From assembly GCF_006345805.1 (NCBI RefSeq), contig NC_043001.1, positions 117,552,001-117,616,000 of the forward strand: a DNA stretch of 64,000 bases. Direction: 5' to 3'. This DNA comes from Octopus sinensis (taxonomy: Eukaryota). Below the pieces are notes generated by a model. The model was given only the letters and a program-made list of their open reading frames with translations, searched no databases and was not told the origin of the DNA. The position numbers and the translations under genes were made by a program. Shown one piece after another: positions 24,689-38,104 of this stretch. Numbering within the stretch: the stretch's first letter is position 1; each line of letters begins with the position of its first letter.

Positions 24689-25299
24689 TTAGGGAAAAGT
24701 CTGATAAAAATCAAACATTTTTCAAAACTACACTTTTAGGAAGACTTTGAAAATTTGCACTGCAAATTTACGAACCACAGAAAGCCCACCACCACCGATT
24801 ACATTTTTTTCTGATAACTGTGTAGTCATAATTTTATGAAGTTTAATTTTTCAAGCTTAGTGCTAGAGTTACTTGTTTACATATTCAAATATCTCAACAA
24901 TTATCTTTCTCATCTAAGACAGAATAGACAAGCAGGCATGAAAGTCTTCTCGATAAAAAATAAAGACTACTTCTGCCATGAAATTTAACAGGCTTCAACT
25001 TTTTAAGCTTTCAAAATCAGACCAGTTCGTTGTATTACACATCTACGCACACGGTAGCCAGTGATGGATTTAGATTTAGTAAGAACCTAAGTTTGAAACT
25101 ACTTTGATAAAAAAAAAAATTACGCCAGAAGGTCGCATAGAAATTGGAAACGTATATGCCTTTTAAGTATTTTGAGTCCTTTACGGATTGTGAAGACCTA
25201 AACTTTAGCTTATGCATAAATTCTCCTGTTGCCAACTTAAAATCACAGTTTTATGCAAAATTTCGGTAGAAAAAAATGCCCCAAAGAATGCTAAAAATG

Positions 25300-26520
25300 C
25301 TAAATAATTATATCAAAAAGCTTAATTTTTATCTACTTTCTTTAATTATATTCAGCATTGAGAAATAATTTCTTGAATTTCACTGATTTGGTCACTTTCA
25401 GCTGCAGTGCCAAGGTCTTGACTTCTGTTGGCAATGTCAGTAAACTAATGGCAACATTTGCAGCATCTCTAAAAGGATTTCCTCCAGTAGTATCTTTATA
25501 TTCCAAGACTTCCAACCAGAATGCCTCAGTATTAGATGTATTTGTCCATTTAACTAAATGAATGCTATTAAACTGAATTTCAATTGAAGCAATTTTTTCT
25601 TCATTTAAATGCATTGCTTCTAAGACAGGTAAAATTGGCTCTTTGAAATGCTACAAAATATTCTCTACTGAAAAACATTTGATATTCCTCAGTATATTAA
25701 TATTTTCTGGCAAACGGTGCTTGAGCTCTTTATGAAGGCAGAGTAAAAATTGTTGTGCTATTTCTGCTATCTTTCTCTCGAACCGTTTAGCCTAAATTTG
25801 GTTTAGGATCCAGAAATTTTTCAATAGAAACATCAGGATCAAGAGGATCAATTCTACATGTTGGCAACACTATCATATTAGCAACAGATTCAAACAGTTT
25901 ATTCACTTCCTGAACATGTTTCAAAATTGGATGCAAAAGTAAAAGCTGACGTCCATTCCTAGAATCACAAAACATTCCATGTAACGTTTTTGGTGTAAAG
26001 CATTTTTCTTTTATAATTGTGGTTTGGAAGTGAGTTTGCAATTCAAACCATTGGCTTGAAATTCTATTTGCAGCTGGTTCTATTGAGGACCACCTAGTTG
26101 TACAAGAACTCAGAATCTTCAAAGGCTCTTTACCATTGATATCAAGGTAAAGCTGTTTGTAAGCACTTTGTCTTGAAGAATGAAAGCGCCATTTATAGGT
26201 TTCGGATATTGAAAATTCTAAATTTATGGGCAGGCATTCAACACAAATGTGGGATACTGCGATACTGCCAACTGTAAAGGATGACACACACATCTAAATA
26301 GAAGTAATGACAGAACTTCTTTTTAATTTCTAGAAAACACCATCATTACTCTAGTTTTGTCGGTTCCTATAGCCAGTAAATTTTTTATATCTAATTTCTT
26401 TTTCGCTAATTCAATTTCTACAATGCCATCTGCATCACATATTTCTAAAGACACCATAGTGAGATATGTATGTACCACTTTTTTGTGAGTGTCACTGTAA
26501 TATATGATAACAAATCCTAA
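25300..26520 (-). pseudogene. hAT-family transposase relic
   Basis: LAIGTDKTRVM, LPINLEFSISETY..HSSRQSAYKQLY..EPLKILSSCTTRWSSIE, and C-terminal FWLEV...NPFRDAANVAISLLTLP; TIRs not identified. Confidence 0.8.
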
Positions 26521-27789
26521 CAACTTGAGTGTCCGAGTAACACCTTATGTGTTTGCGCGCGTTTTATAAACACAAACTCACACACGTTTTGTGTTACAAA
26601 CGGAAGAAAGAGGAAAACAATAAAGTGAAATATTTAAATTCTTAGTTACTTGATACTCCTATAGAAGTAACTTAAGGGTCGATAGTTTCGTGCTAAGGCA
26701 CTTGTAAAACTTGTGGTGAAAGAATTAAAAGCTTTGAAATTTTAACAGCCAGCTAAGCAAGTGTTTTGGAACGAAACTCTAAACTCTTGGTTCTCACTTG
26801 TAAGGATTATTAGCAACATCAGCTAATAAGATTATGGGTGTGTATGTGAGTGCATGCGCGTGTGCGTTTTTTTATGGGTAAATACACGCACGCAAACACG
26901 TATACACACACACACACACACACATACACATACACACACATTACAGATTACCTGCAAATGTGTATGTTCATAGAGATAGAGGAATGGGTGGGAGAGAGAG
27001 AGAGAGAGACCGAAACAGCGAGAAGTAGAGTGAGTGAGAGAGAGAGAGATTAATATAATTTTGAGGCTGGTCTTTGTTAACGTATTCCAGCAAACTCGAA
27101 ACGTTAATACCATTTACATGAGCTGTTGATGTCCGAATAATCTCTTGGAGATCACAAATTAAAAACCGAATACTCATCAATCAAACCCTAAATTTGAATC
27201 TTTGTTTTTACGTGCATTAGGAACATTAAAAATTGAAGCATTGGTATTAGCCTCGGTCATGTGTTGAACTAAGCTTGTATGAAACATGAAATATAGGGAG
27301 CACTGATACTATTTCGGAAGTTCTTTTAGGTATGTAAATTTGAAAGCAATTAGAAATTGCCAACTATCGAGTGTATTACCAGAAAATCTTATCAATAGGA
27401 TAGAAAACGTAAATTGTGTGAAATATTACCCTTGTGACAGCAATGTTTAGGTTAGGTACCTAATTAGAGAAATCAGTCTAATCACCCTAAAGCAGTTCTT
27501 GCTATAAAGTATAACTGGGGAATCAAGTGAATAGCGTGTCTTATTGTGAGAGCTGCAGAATGGGTTAGATTAGAGCGTAGGGAGGTTTAGCGAATCGGAA
27601 GTTTGTTTATTGAAAGAAAAGCATTCTGAAGATAGGAGTTGTATATTATTAGATACAGAGCCTGAAGGTGAAAGTACCTAATGAGTAATTTAACGAAGAC
27701 TTGAAAGACGATTTGAAGTGCAACGATTTTATTAGAAAGAAAACTTTCAGAAATAAGATGTTTCATATTATCTAACACAATCAGTTAAT

Positions 27790-28055
27790 GTTGTTGTTGT
27801 TGTTGTTGTTGTTGTTGTGTTGTTGCTGCTGCTGCCGTTGCTTTTTAGCCCCAGGTTAGCCTAAATGACTAGACCTATGGTGAAAGGCATTCCAATGGTT
27901 ACTGCCCCTGTTTTCCAACAATGTGTACAGCAAACTACATTATCCAATGTGTCTGTTTTTAAATTTAATACAGTAAGGTGTAATTTAAGAGAGATTTAGT
28001 TTCTATTTTCAGTAAGTAAAGCGACCAGAAAGAATCTGCTCCATTGGCCCGAATA
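27790..28055 (-). mobile_element. Family G retroposon with (CAA)n tail
   Basis: (ttg)n then ttttagccccaggttagcc...agacctatgg on +, the reverse of the family G 3' end. Confidence 0.65.
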
Positions 28056-28449
28056 ATTGCAAGTTATTTGCAAGAATCAACCTAATTCAAGTCCAGAGCA
28101 TTCAACTTGCGGCAAAGAGAAATATCCATGGAAAAATAAAGAGTGGAAAGAAAAAAAAATACGCACGCCAATGCCATATCTACACCAAACACACCCAAAG
28201 CGACAACAAACTCAACAGCAAACACACAAGCACAACAGCAGACAAACACAAAACCCCAACAACACCAACTAAATGCACAACTTCAGTGACATATCCCCAC
28301 CTAACTTTGTCCTACATTTATTTACATTTTGTTTCCCATGCAAAAGGCCTCGTGTTTGTGTGAAATCTGATGGCGAATATTGAAATCCATCGCTCTTACC
28401 CTTCCACTTCTTCCTCATGATCGTTATTATTATTATCATTATTATTATT

Positions 28450-28665
28450 AAGGCAGCGAGCTGGCAGACTCGTGAGCACGCCGGACGAAATGCTTAGAGA
28501 TATTTCGTCTGCCGCTACGTTCAGAGTTCAAATTCCGCGGCGGTCAGTTTGGCCTTTTATCCTTTCGGGGTCGATAAATTGAGTACCAGTTGAGCACTGA
28601 GGGTCAATGTAATTGATTATCACCCTCTCCCAAATTTTAAGCCTTGTACCTATTGTAGAAAAGTT
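28450..28665 (+). mobile_element. SINE family A
   Basis: aaggcagcgagctggcagactcgtgagcacg...gagttcaaattcc...cctttcggggtcgataaattgagtaccag...gccttgtacctattgtagaaa. Confidence 0.92.
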
Positions 28666-28677
28666 TATTATTATTAT

Positions 28678-28965
28678 TCAGTAATCTTATTTTTATCACG
28701 TGCTTTCACTGCTCTGTGTGTCTTGGGTATGTGCTGTGGTTTGTTGAGCTGCTCTTATTTTCACTGTATTGAAAGTGTTTTATGTAGGATATGTGCGGTG
28801 CCTAGTAGTGCTATTTTCTCTATGTTATATATACTTGTAAGTCCTGGTGTTTTTGTTATGTGTTTGTCTGAATGTTTTTCTTTTTTATCATACCTAATGC
28901 GCTTGCTATAAAAAGAATTGTTTCTGTTTTTAGGCTCCAAATTCGAGTTACCTCTATTTTCAGAT
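28678..28965 (-). mobile_element. Short 5'-truncated Dong 3' end (same family as 33735-35070)
   Basis: Colinear with 33735-34020 (gtgcctagtagtgc, gtaagtcctggtgtttttgttatg, gggtatgtgctg); adjoins ATT repeats. Confidence 0.88.
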
Positions 28966-28990
28966 CTTTATAATTATAATTATAATTCTT

Positions 28991-29099
28991 AAGGCGGTGA
29001 GCTGGCGGAATCGTTAGCTCGCCTGGCGAAATGCTTAGCGTTATTTCGCCTGTTGCTACGTTCTGAGTTCAATTTCCTCCGAGGTCGACTTTACCTTTC
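28991..29099 (+). mobile_element. SINE family A 5' half (head plus start of core)
   Basis: aaggcggtgagctggcggaatcgttagc...gaggtcgactttacctttc, then an abrupt switch to LINE sequence. Confidence 0.9.
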
Positions 29100-29613
29100 G
29101 TGTGAAGATTGCCCCGCCGCCCTCTTTTAGCCGGGAAGTGAAGGCAAGATTTATTTGTCTAGTGGCTGTGGCGAAAGAGGTAGTATGGTGGGCCCATTTG
29201 AAAGGGCTAAAGACAAACACTTTTCTCTTTGGCCAAACCCTCATCAACTTTTTCAAGTTTCACTTGAAAAGAAAGTTGAGGGTGGAGAGGGAAGTATTGC
29301 TTTCTAGCAAGTTTGTTGGGTGGATGTTGGAAGAATGGCCAGTGTGAAAGGACCAAATCTGAGCGTGCATCTGTAAAAAAAAGCGGAAGAAGGTTTCTTG
29401 CCCTGTTGTTCAGGCACCCGTGGCTTTTGTGGGGTTTTCCACGAGGACCTTAAAGCGCATCCCCTATTGGGAGTTTAATTTGTTTAATGTTTAACTGTTA
29501 TTTATATAAAACTATTATTTATATAAAACCCATTTTATCGTCCTGGTTTTGTCTTTATGTTGTATGTCATTTAATGTTTTTGTATGTGAGCCCTTGTGGC
29601 CAATAAAATAATA
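29100..29613 (+). pseudogene. Tx1/L1-type LINE ORF2 C-terminus plus 3' UTR
   Basis: CLVAVAKEVVWW...FFKFHLKRKLRVEREVLLSSKFV is homologous to the end of the APE-bearing element at 54110-54256; ends gagcccttgtggccaataaaata. Confidence 0.75.
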
Positions 29614-29737
29614 ATTTATCATTATTATCATCATCAACATCATCATCATCATCATCAACATCATCATCATCATCATCATCATCACCATCATCATCGATCA
29701 TCATCATCATCGTCGATCATCATCATCATCATCATCG

Positions 29738-29786
<49 letters not shown>

Positions 29787-29839
29787 CCATCATCATCGAT
29801 CATCATCATCATCGTCGATCATCATCATCATCATCATCG

Positions 29840-29870
<31 letters not shown>

Positions 29871-29924
29871 ACATCAACATCATCAACATCATCATCAACA
29901 TCGTCATCATCACTATCATCATCG

Positions 29925-29966
<42 letters not shown>

Positions 29967-30008
29967 GTCATCATCATCACCACCACCATTACCGTTATTA
30001 TTATTATT

Positions 30009-30192
30009 AAGATGGTGATCTGGCAGAATCGTTAACATGTCGGGCAAAATGAATTTGAATACCGCTAAGGGCGATTTTACCTTTCATCATTTCGAGGTCG
30101 ATAAAATAAGTACCAGTTACGTACTGGGGTCGATGTAATTGACGAGATCCTCGCTCCAAAATCTCAGGCCTTGTGCTTTTAATAGAGAGGAA
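30009..30192 (+). mobile_element. SINE family A, degenerate
   Basis: ctggcagaatcgttaac head, ctttcatcatttcgaggtcgataaaataagtaccag core, caggccttgtgc tail. Confidence 0.85.
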
Positions 30193-30479
30193 TATCATTA
30201 TAATTATTATTATAATTATTACTATTATCATTATTATCATTATTATTATAATTATTATTATTATTATAATTATTATATTATTCATATTATCATTATTATT
30301 ACATTATTATATTATTACATTATTATCATTATTATTATTATTATTATTACTTATTATTATTATTATGTCTTATTATTATCTATTATTATTATTATAATTA
30401 TTATTATAATTCGTTTATAATTATTATTATTATTATTATCATTATTATTCTATAATTATTATTAATATTATTTTTATTA

Positions 30480-30522
<43 letters not shown>

Positions 30523-30525
30523 GTC

Positions 30526-30556
<31 letters not shown>

Positions 30557-30607
30557 CTATTATTATTATTATTATTATTATTTATTATTATTACTATTAT
30601 TATTTTA

Positions 30608-30638
<31 letters not shown>

Positions 30639-30703
30639 TTACTATTATTATTCTATTATTATTTTATTATTATTATTATTATTATTATTATACTATTATT
30701 ATA

Positions 30704-30736
<33 letters not shown>

Positions 30737-30764
30737 ATATTATTACTATTATTATATTATTATA

Positions 30765-30800
<36 letters not shown>

Positions 30801-31060
30801 TCTTATTATTATTATTATTATTATACTATTATTATTATTATTATTTTATATTATTATTATTATTATAATTATTATTATTATTACTATTATTATTACTATT
30901 ATTATTATTATTATATTATTTATTATTATTATTACTATTATTATTATTATTGATTATTATTATTATTGTTATGTAATTATTATTATTATTATTATTATTA
31001 TAGTATTATTACTATTATTATTATTATATTATTATTATTATTATTATATTATTATTACTA

Positions 31061-31091
<31 letters not shown>

Positions 31092-31117
31092 TATTATATT
31101 ATTATTATTATTATTAC

Positions 31118-31162
<45 letters not shown>

Positions 31163-31374
31163 TATTATTATATTATATTATTACATTATTATTATTATTA
31201 TTATTATTACTATTATTATTATTATTATTATATCTTATTATTATTATTATTATTATTAATTATTATTATTATATTTATTATTTATTATTATTATATTCTT
31301 ATTATTTATTATTATTATTATTTTCTTTTATTAGATTATTATTATATTATTTATTATTCTATTATTATTATTAC

Positions 31375-31415
<41 letters not shown>

Positions 31416-31446
31416 TATTATTATTTTATTACTATTATTATTATTA

Positions 31447-31482
<36 letters not shown>

Positions 31483-31523
31483 TTATTATTATTATTATTA
31501 ATTATTATTATTATTACTTATTA

Positions 31524-31568
<45 letters not shown>

Positions 31569-31665
31569 GATTTTATTATATTATTATTATTATTATTATC
31601 TTATTCTATTATTATTATTACTATTAGTATTATATTATTATTACTTATTATATTATATTATTATA

Positions 31666-31703
<38 letters not shown>

Positions 31704-31739
31704 TATTATTACTATTATTATTATTATTATTTATTATTA

Positions 31740-31771
<32 letters not shown>

Positions 31772-31796
31772 TACTATTATTATTATTATTATTATT

Positions 31797-31897
31797 GAGT
31801 GAGAGAGCAGTTCATGCCATCAAGTGACACTGGGGTAAAATATACGAAGCCCAATATACCCATACATGACTACCCGTCTGTAAAGGTACACCAGGCA
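31797..31897 (-). mobile_element. Element X 3'-terminal ~100 bp (5'-truncated)
   Basis: gagtgagagagcagttcatgccatc...ggtacaccaggcac matches the terminus of copies 1 and 2. Confidence 0.92.
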
Positions 31898-31955
31898 CTA
31901 TTATTATTACTATTATATTATTATTTATTATTTTATTATTATTATTATTTTATTA

Positions 31956-32004
<49 letters not shown>

Positions 32005-32084
32005 CATTATTATTATTTATTATTATACTATTATTATATTATATATTATTATTATTATTATTATTATATTATTATTATTATTAC

Positions 32085-32116
<32 letters not shown>

Positions 32117-32138
32117 TATTATTATTACTATTATATTA

Positions 32139-32179
<41 letters not shown>

Positions 32180-32214
32180 TATTATTATTATTTTATTATT
32201 ATTTATATTATTAC

Positions 32215-32264
<50 letters not shown>

Positions 32265-32368
32265 TTATTATTATTATTACTCTTATTATTATTATTATTA
32301 TTATTATATTCTTATTATTATTTTATTATTATTATTATTATTATTTATTATTATTACTATTATTATAC

Positions 32369-32453
<85 letters not shown>

Positions 32454-32537
32454 GTTATTATTATATATATTATTATATTATTATTATTATTATTATTATT
32501 ATATTATTATTATTATTATTATATTATTATTACTATA

Positions 32538-32570
<33 letters not shown>

Positions 32571-32598
32571 TTTATTATTATTATTATTATTATTATTA

Positions 32599-32646
<48 letters not shown>

Positions 32647-32710
32647 TATTATTTATTATTATTATTATATTATTATTATTATTATATACCATTATTATTA
32701 TTATTATTAC

Positions 32711-32741
<31 letters not shown>

Positions 32742-32778
32742 TATTATTATTATTATTACTATTATTATTATTATTATA

Positions 32779-32809
<31 letters not shown>

Positions 32810-32852
32810 TATTATTATTACTATTATATTATTACTTTATTATTATTATTAC

Positions 32853-32946
<94 letters not shown>

Positions 32947-32961
32947 ATTATTATTATATTA

Positions 32962-33033
<72 letters not shown>

Positions 33034-33077
33034 GGTATAATTATTATTATTATTATTACTATTATATTATTATTATA

Positions 33078-33108
<31 letters not shown>

Positions 33109-33204
33109 TATTATTATTATTATTTTACATTATTATTATTATTATTATTTATTATTATTATTATTATTATATTATTATTACTATTATTATTATTATTATT
33201 ATTC

Positions 33205-33235
<31 letters not shown>

Positions 33236-33254
33236 TATTATTATTATTATTATT

Positions 33255-33356
33255 GAGTGAGAGAGCAGTTCATGCCATCAAAGTGACACTGGGGTAAAAT
33301 ATCGAAGCCCAATATACCCATCATGACTACCCGTCTGATAAAGGTACACCAGGCAC
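33255..33356 (-). mobile_element. Element X 3'-terminal ~100 bp (5'-truncated)
   Basis: Same break point and same cagtt variant as 31797-31897. Confidence 0.92.
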
Positions 33357-33367
33357 TATATTATTAC

Positions 33368-33404
<37 letters not shown>

Positions 33405-33414
33405 TTATTATTAC

Positions 33415-33453
<39 letters not shown>

Positions 33454-33467
33454 TTATATTATTATTA

Positions 33468-33499
<32 letters not shown>

Positions 33500-33529
33500 T
33501 ATTATTATACTATTATTATTATTATATTA

Positions 33530-33565
<36 letters not shown>

Positions 33566-33627
33566 TATTACTATATACTCTTATTTTATTATTATTATTA
33601 TTATTAATTATTATTATTATATTATTC

Positions 33628-33659
<32 letters not shown>

Positions 33660-33734
33660 TATTACTATTATTATATTATTTTATATTATTATTATTATTT
33701 TATTATAATTATTTTATTTTTTATTATTATTCAG

Positions 33735-35070
33735 TAGTTTTATTTTTATAGCGTGCTTTCACTTCACTACCGAGCACAGCTCTGTGTGACTTGGGTATGT
33801 GCTGGATTTGTTGTGATGCTCTGATGGTTATTGTATGGAAAGTGTTCTGCGTAGAATGTGTGCAGTGCCTAGTAGTGCAATTTTCTGTATGTTATATGTG
33901 TTGTAAGTCCTGGTGTTTTTGTTATGTACTTGTCTGAATATTTTTTATCATGCCTAATGCACCTACTATGATAAGAATGTTTCTGTTTCAGATTCCACAT
34001 TCTGTTACCTCTATTCCAGGTCTTTGTATTTGAGAGTTTCTCCATTTCTTTTAGAGACACGTTGTCATCTGCCGGTATTGATACATCAATTAGAAAGCAT
34101 TTTTTTTCATGATCTCTGACAACTATATCTGGCCTGTTGGCCTTAATTCTCTATCTGTGTGTATCGGCATATCCCAGAGTATGGTTGCTTTCTTTTTGTT
34201 TTCTGTAACCTTTTCTGGTGTGTGCCTATACCATCTTTTTTCTGTTGTTATTCCATAATGTTAGCATAGCTTCCAATGTATGTAGGTTCCAACTCTGTCA
34301 TGTCTGTGAATATATTCCTTCTTAGCCAGGACTGGGCAGCCAGAGATAATATGATTTATTGTTTCTTGTCCATCTCCACATATTCTGCAGTTACTTGTTA
34401 TGGTTCTTTTCATTACATGTTTTTGGTAATTTCTGGTGGGGAGGCTTTGGTCTTGTGCTGCAATTAAAAATCCCTCTGTTTCTGCTTTGAGTCCTGAGCT
34501 TCTCAACACATTGCTGGGATTTTCTTTGTCTATTTCTTTTGCGTTTAGTTTAGTGCAGTATTTACCATGAAGGGGTTTTTCTTGCCATCGTTTTATCATG
34601 GCTCGTTGCTGTTCTATTTTTAGTTTGGATTTCATTTGTTTTATAGATTTTGTTGTTTCTTCATCATCTTCTTCTTCTTCTTTGTGTTTATTAGGTGGTA
34701 TGATTTCTTGTTTGTATTGTCAGCTTCCTTAAATACTGAGAACAGTTTTTTGTTTTGCTCGTGTTTTGCTGCTATCTGGATCAGTTTTCCTTCCTTCTGA
34801 AGTAGGTATTTTTGAAGTCCTATGGTGGTTATTTTATAGTAGTTTTCCAGCTGTATAAGGCCTCTACCACCTTCTATACGTTGTATATATAGTCTTTCTA
34901 TGTCAGATTTTGGGTGATGCATCCTAGATCCTGTCAGTATTTTTCTTGTTTTCCTATCTATTTTGGACAGTTCATTTCGTGTCCAGTTAAGGATATTGTA
35001 GCTGTAACTTATAACTGGGACAGCTAAAGTGTTGATACCTATTATCTTGTTTTTAGCATTGAGCTCTTGT
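33735..35070 (-). pseudogene. R4/Dong-clade RLE retrotransposon, 5'-truncated (thumb, CCHC, RLE, 3' UTR)
   Basis: KSDIERLYIQRIEGGRGL, LKAETEGFLIAAQDQSL, CRICGDGQETINHIISGC, RHDRVG, NRPDIVV..LIDVSIP, GTAHILRRTL; (AAT)n on both sides. Confidence 0.95.
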
Positions 35071-35073
35071 TTA

Positions 35074-35124
<51 letters not shown>

Positions 35125-35140
35125 CATCATTATCATTAAT

Positions 35141-35545
35141 GAAGGCGGTGAGCAGGCAGAATCGTCAGTACGCCGGGCTGAATCCTTAGCGGCATTTCGT
35201 CCCGTCTTTCGTTGTGAGTTCACATTCTGCCGAGGTTGACTTTGCCTTTCATCCTTTTGGGGTCGATAAATTAAGTATCAGTGAAACACTGGGGTCAATG
35301 TAATCGACTAGTCGCCTCCCCCAAAATTTCATGGCCTTGTGCCTTCAGTAGAAAGGATTATTGTTATTATTATTATTATATCTAGCGGCATTTCGTCCAT
35401 CTTAACGTTCTGAGTTCAAATACCGCCGAGGTTGACTTTGCTTTTCATCCTTTTGGGGCCGATAAATTAAGTACTGGTGAAACACTGGGGTCGACGTAAT
35501 CGACCAAGCTCCTTCCTCAAATTTCAGGTCTTGCGCCTATAATCT
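35141..35545 (+). mobile_element. Two SINE family A copies in tandem (35141-35358; 5'-truncated 35383-35545)
   Basis: Repeated head/core/tail motifs separated by short ATT tracts. Confidence 0.9.
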
Positions 35546-36436
35546 TACAATAATTCTGCTTACCATTACGTAACTTAGCCCGTCGGTAACGTTTTCGCGT
35601 GATTAGAGAAAAAGAGGGAGAAAGAGATAAGGAGGAGAGAAAAAGAGGATAAGGCGAAGAGTGAGGCAGAAAGAGAGAGAAAGAAAAAGAGGGAGAGAGA
35701 AAAGACGGAGAGAGAAGCGTCCAGGACATGCGGTAGGGGGAACGTTATATTTCTTACGTGGTCAAAATGTTAGTTGACGGTAGTGATATAGAGGAGGGTT
35801 AGGAATATAATTTTAGCAGAGGAGTGATGTTCTGATGGTGAGGTTAAAGAGAGAGAGATGGAGGTAGGGAGAGAGAAAGAGAGAGAGGGGGGGTAGTGAG
35901 AGATAAAGAGAAAAAGAGAGAGAGAGAGAGAGATAATGAAAGCTGTACGCAAATTGAAATGTGTATCGGCTCTGACCATCGCTTTGGCTTATAAGTTACC
36001 TACGATATGGTTTTCACAGTATGTCATGCTACATTAAATTTTTACCCCGTGAAATTCTGATCCCTATATTTCACATATAAAATAATTTTTTTTACAATAA
36101 ATTTTTTTTATAAATATGAGATTGTGACTATGTAAATTTTAAAATGTAACTTTTCTGTTTATGGGGGAAATGGAAATATATATATATATATTATATATAT
36201 ATATATATAATATATATATATATATATAATATATATATATATATAAAGTACGTTAAGACATCATTGTATTTCGATTTCCTTCACTTTTCAATGAATAGCA
36301 GATGAGCGACAATCTTTTAATACAGACACAACACAGGATACGCTTTCAGGTTTTTTAAATAAAGTTTTCAGGATTAACCCGATAGGTTTATATTCTGTGA
36401 AATATTCACTGGTCCCACTAGCTATTATTGTCATAT

Positions 36437-37630
36437 AAGGCGGCGAAATGCTTAGCGGCATTTCGTCCGTCCGAACGTTCTGAGTTCCAATTCCGCGGAG
36501 CTCAACTTTACCTTTCATCCTTTCGGGGTCGATAACTTAGATACTAGTGAAACACCGGGGACGATGTAATTGACTAATCCTTTCCCCAAAAATTTCAAGC
36601 TTTGTGTCTTTAATAGAAAGGATTATCATCATCGTCATTATAGTTATTATTATTAAGGTAGCAAGCTGGCAGAATCGTTAATACATCGGCGAAATGAGTT
36701 CAAATGTCCCCAAGATCGACTTTGCCCTTCATTTTTTCAGGGTCGATAAAATAAGTACCAAGCAAATATTGGGAATTGACGTAATCAACTACCCGCCTCG
36801 CCCCATATTTCAGGCCTTGTACCTATAGTAGAAAGGATAATTATTATTAAGGCGGCGAGCTGGCAGAATCGTTAGCACGACGGGCGAAATGCTTAGCGGT
36901 ATTTCGTCTGCCGCTACGTTCTGAGTTCAAATTCCGCCGAGGTCGACTTTGCCTTCAGGGTCGATTAAATAAGTACCAGTTATGCACTAGGGTCGATATA
37001 ATCGACTTAATCCGTTTGTCTGTCCTTGTTTGTCCTCTCTGTGTTTAGCCCCTTGTGGGTAGTAAAGAAATAGGTATTTCGTCTGAGTTCAAATGCCGCC
37101 GAGGTCGACTTTGCCTTTCATCCTTTCGGGGTCGATTAAATAAGTACCAGTTACGCACTGGGGTTGATATAATCGACTTAATCCGTTTGTCTGTCCTTGT
37201 TCGTCCCCTCTGTGTTTAGCACCTTGTGGGTAGTAAAGAATTAGAAATAGGTATTTCTTCGGGCTCTTTACGTTCTGAGTTCAAATGTCGCCGAGGCCGA
37301 TTTTGCCTTTCTTCCTTTCAGGATTGATAAAATAAATATCACCTGGGTACTAGGGTCGATGTAACCGAGTTGCAATTCCCCTCAAAAACTGTTGGTCCTG
37401 TGCCAAAATTTAAAATAAATATTATTAGGGCCGCGAGTTGGCAGATTTGTTAGTGAGTTGGACAAAATGCTTAGAGGCATATTTCTCTCGGTCCATTACG
37501 TTTTGAGTTCAAATCCCGCCGTGGTCGACTTTGCGTTTCATCCTTTGAATTATAAAAATATAAAGAACTAATTAAATATTGGGTCAATGTAAAAGCCCCT
37601 GCTGCTAAACTCGCCAGCCTTTTGCCAATA
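36437..37630 (+). mobile_element. Six head-to-tail SINE A/B units (36437, 36655, 36849, 37073, 37251, 37427)
   Basis: Each has gagttcaaat plus the gtcgactttgcc core; two carry the B tail ttagccccttgtgggtagtaaagaaata. Confidence 0.92.
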
Positions 37631-38104
37631 TTTGATACCATAATTATTATTACTAATTCACTTCATTTTCTTTTGAAGCTTCCGAATTTTTAAATTCGAC
37701 AAAGTAAATGCTAGTCAATACTGGGACCAAGTTAACGGTCATACACCTCTTCTTCCTCCTCTGTTTATGCAATTCTTAACATTTATTTGGATAATGAAAG
37801 GGCAGACTGTTTGAATTGATCGATAGAATACCAAAGAATCAGGGTTGATTCTATTATTGCCACAGCATTCTGTGAATAATTGAACTCAATTTTCTATGGC
37901 GATAATTGTCAATTATATTTTTGGCTCTCTCTCTGCTGCTCATCATCCCACCTGGGGAAAATACTACATGTGACACACTAGCACCTTAACCAAGAGAAAG
38001 ATTTTATTTTTCTCTCAAATAACGTTACTGAAATCTTATGATTCTTCATGATTCGGAAAGCGAATATGAATAATGAAATTCCTTTGAAGTGAGTTAATTT
38101 TTCA

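Larger units (their letters stand above)
30193..33735. repeat. ~3.5-kb imperfect (ATT)n array containing two 100-bp element X ends
   Basis: Direct inspection; frequent single-base indels. Confidence 0.97.

Noticed and set aside
24688-27192. tttaggg / ccctaaa as TIRs of the hAT relic
   Set aside because: Only 7 bp match and no 8-bp TSD is present
28057-28272. Low-complexity Q/T/N ORF that might be a LINE ORF1 remnant
   Set aside because: No intact zinc knuckle and no adjoining ORF2
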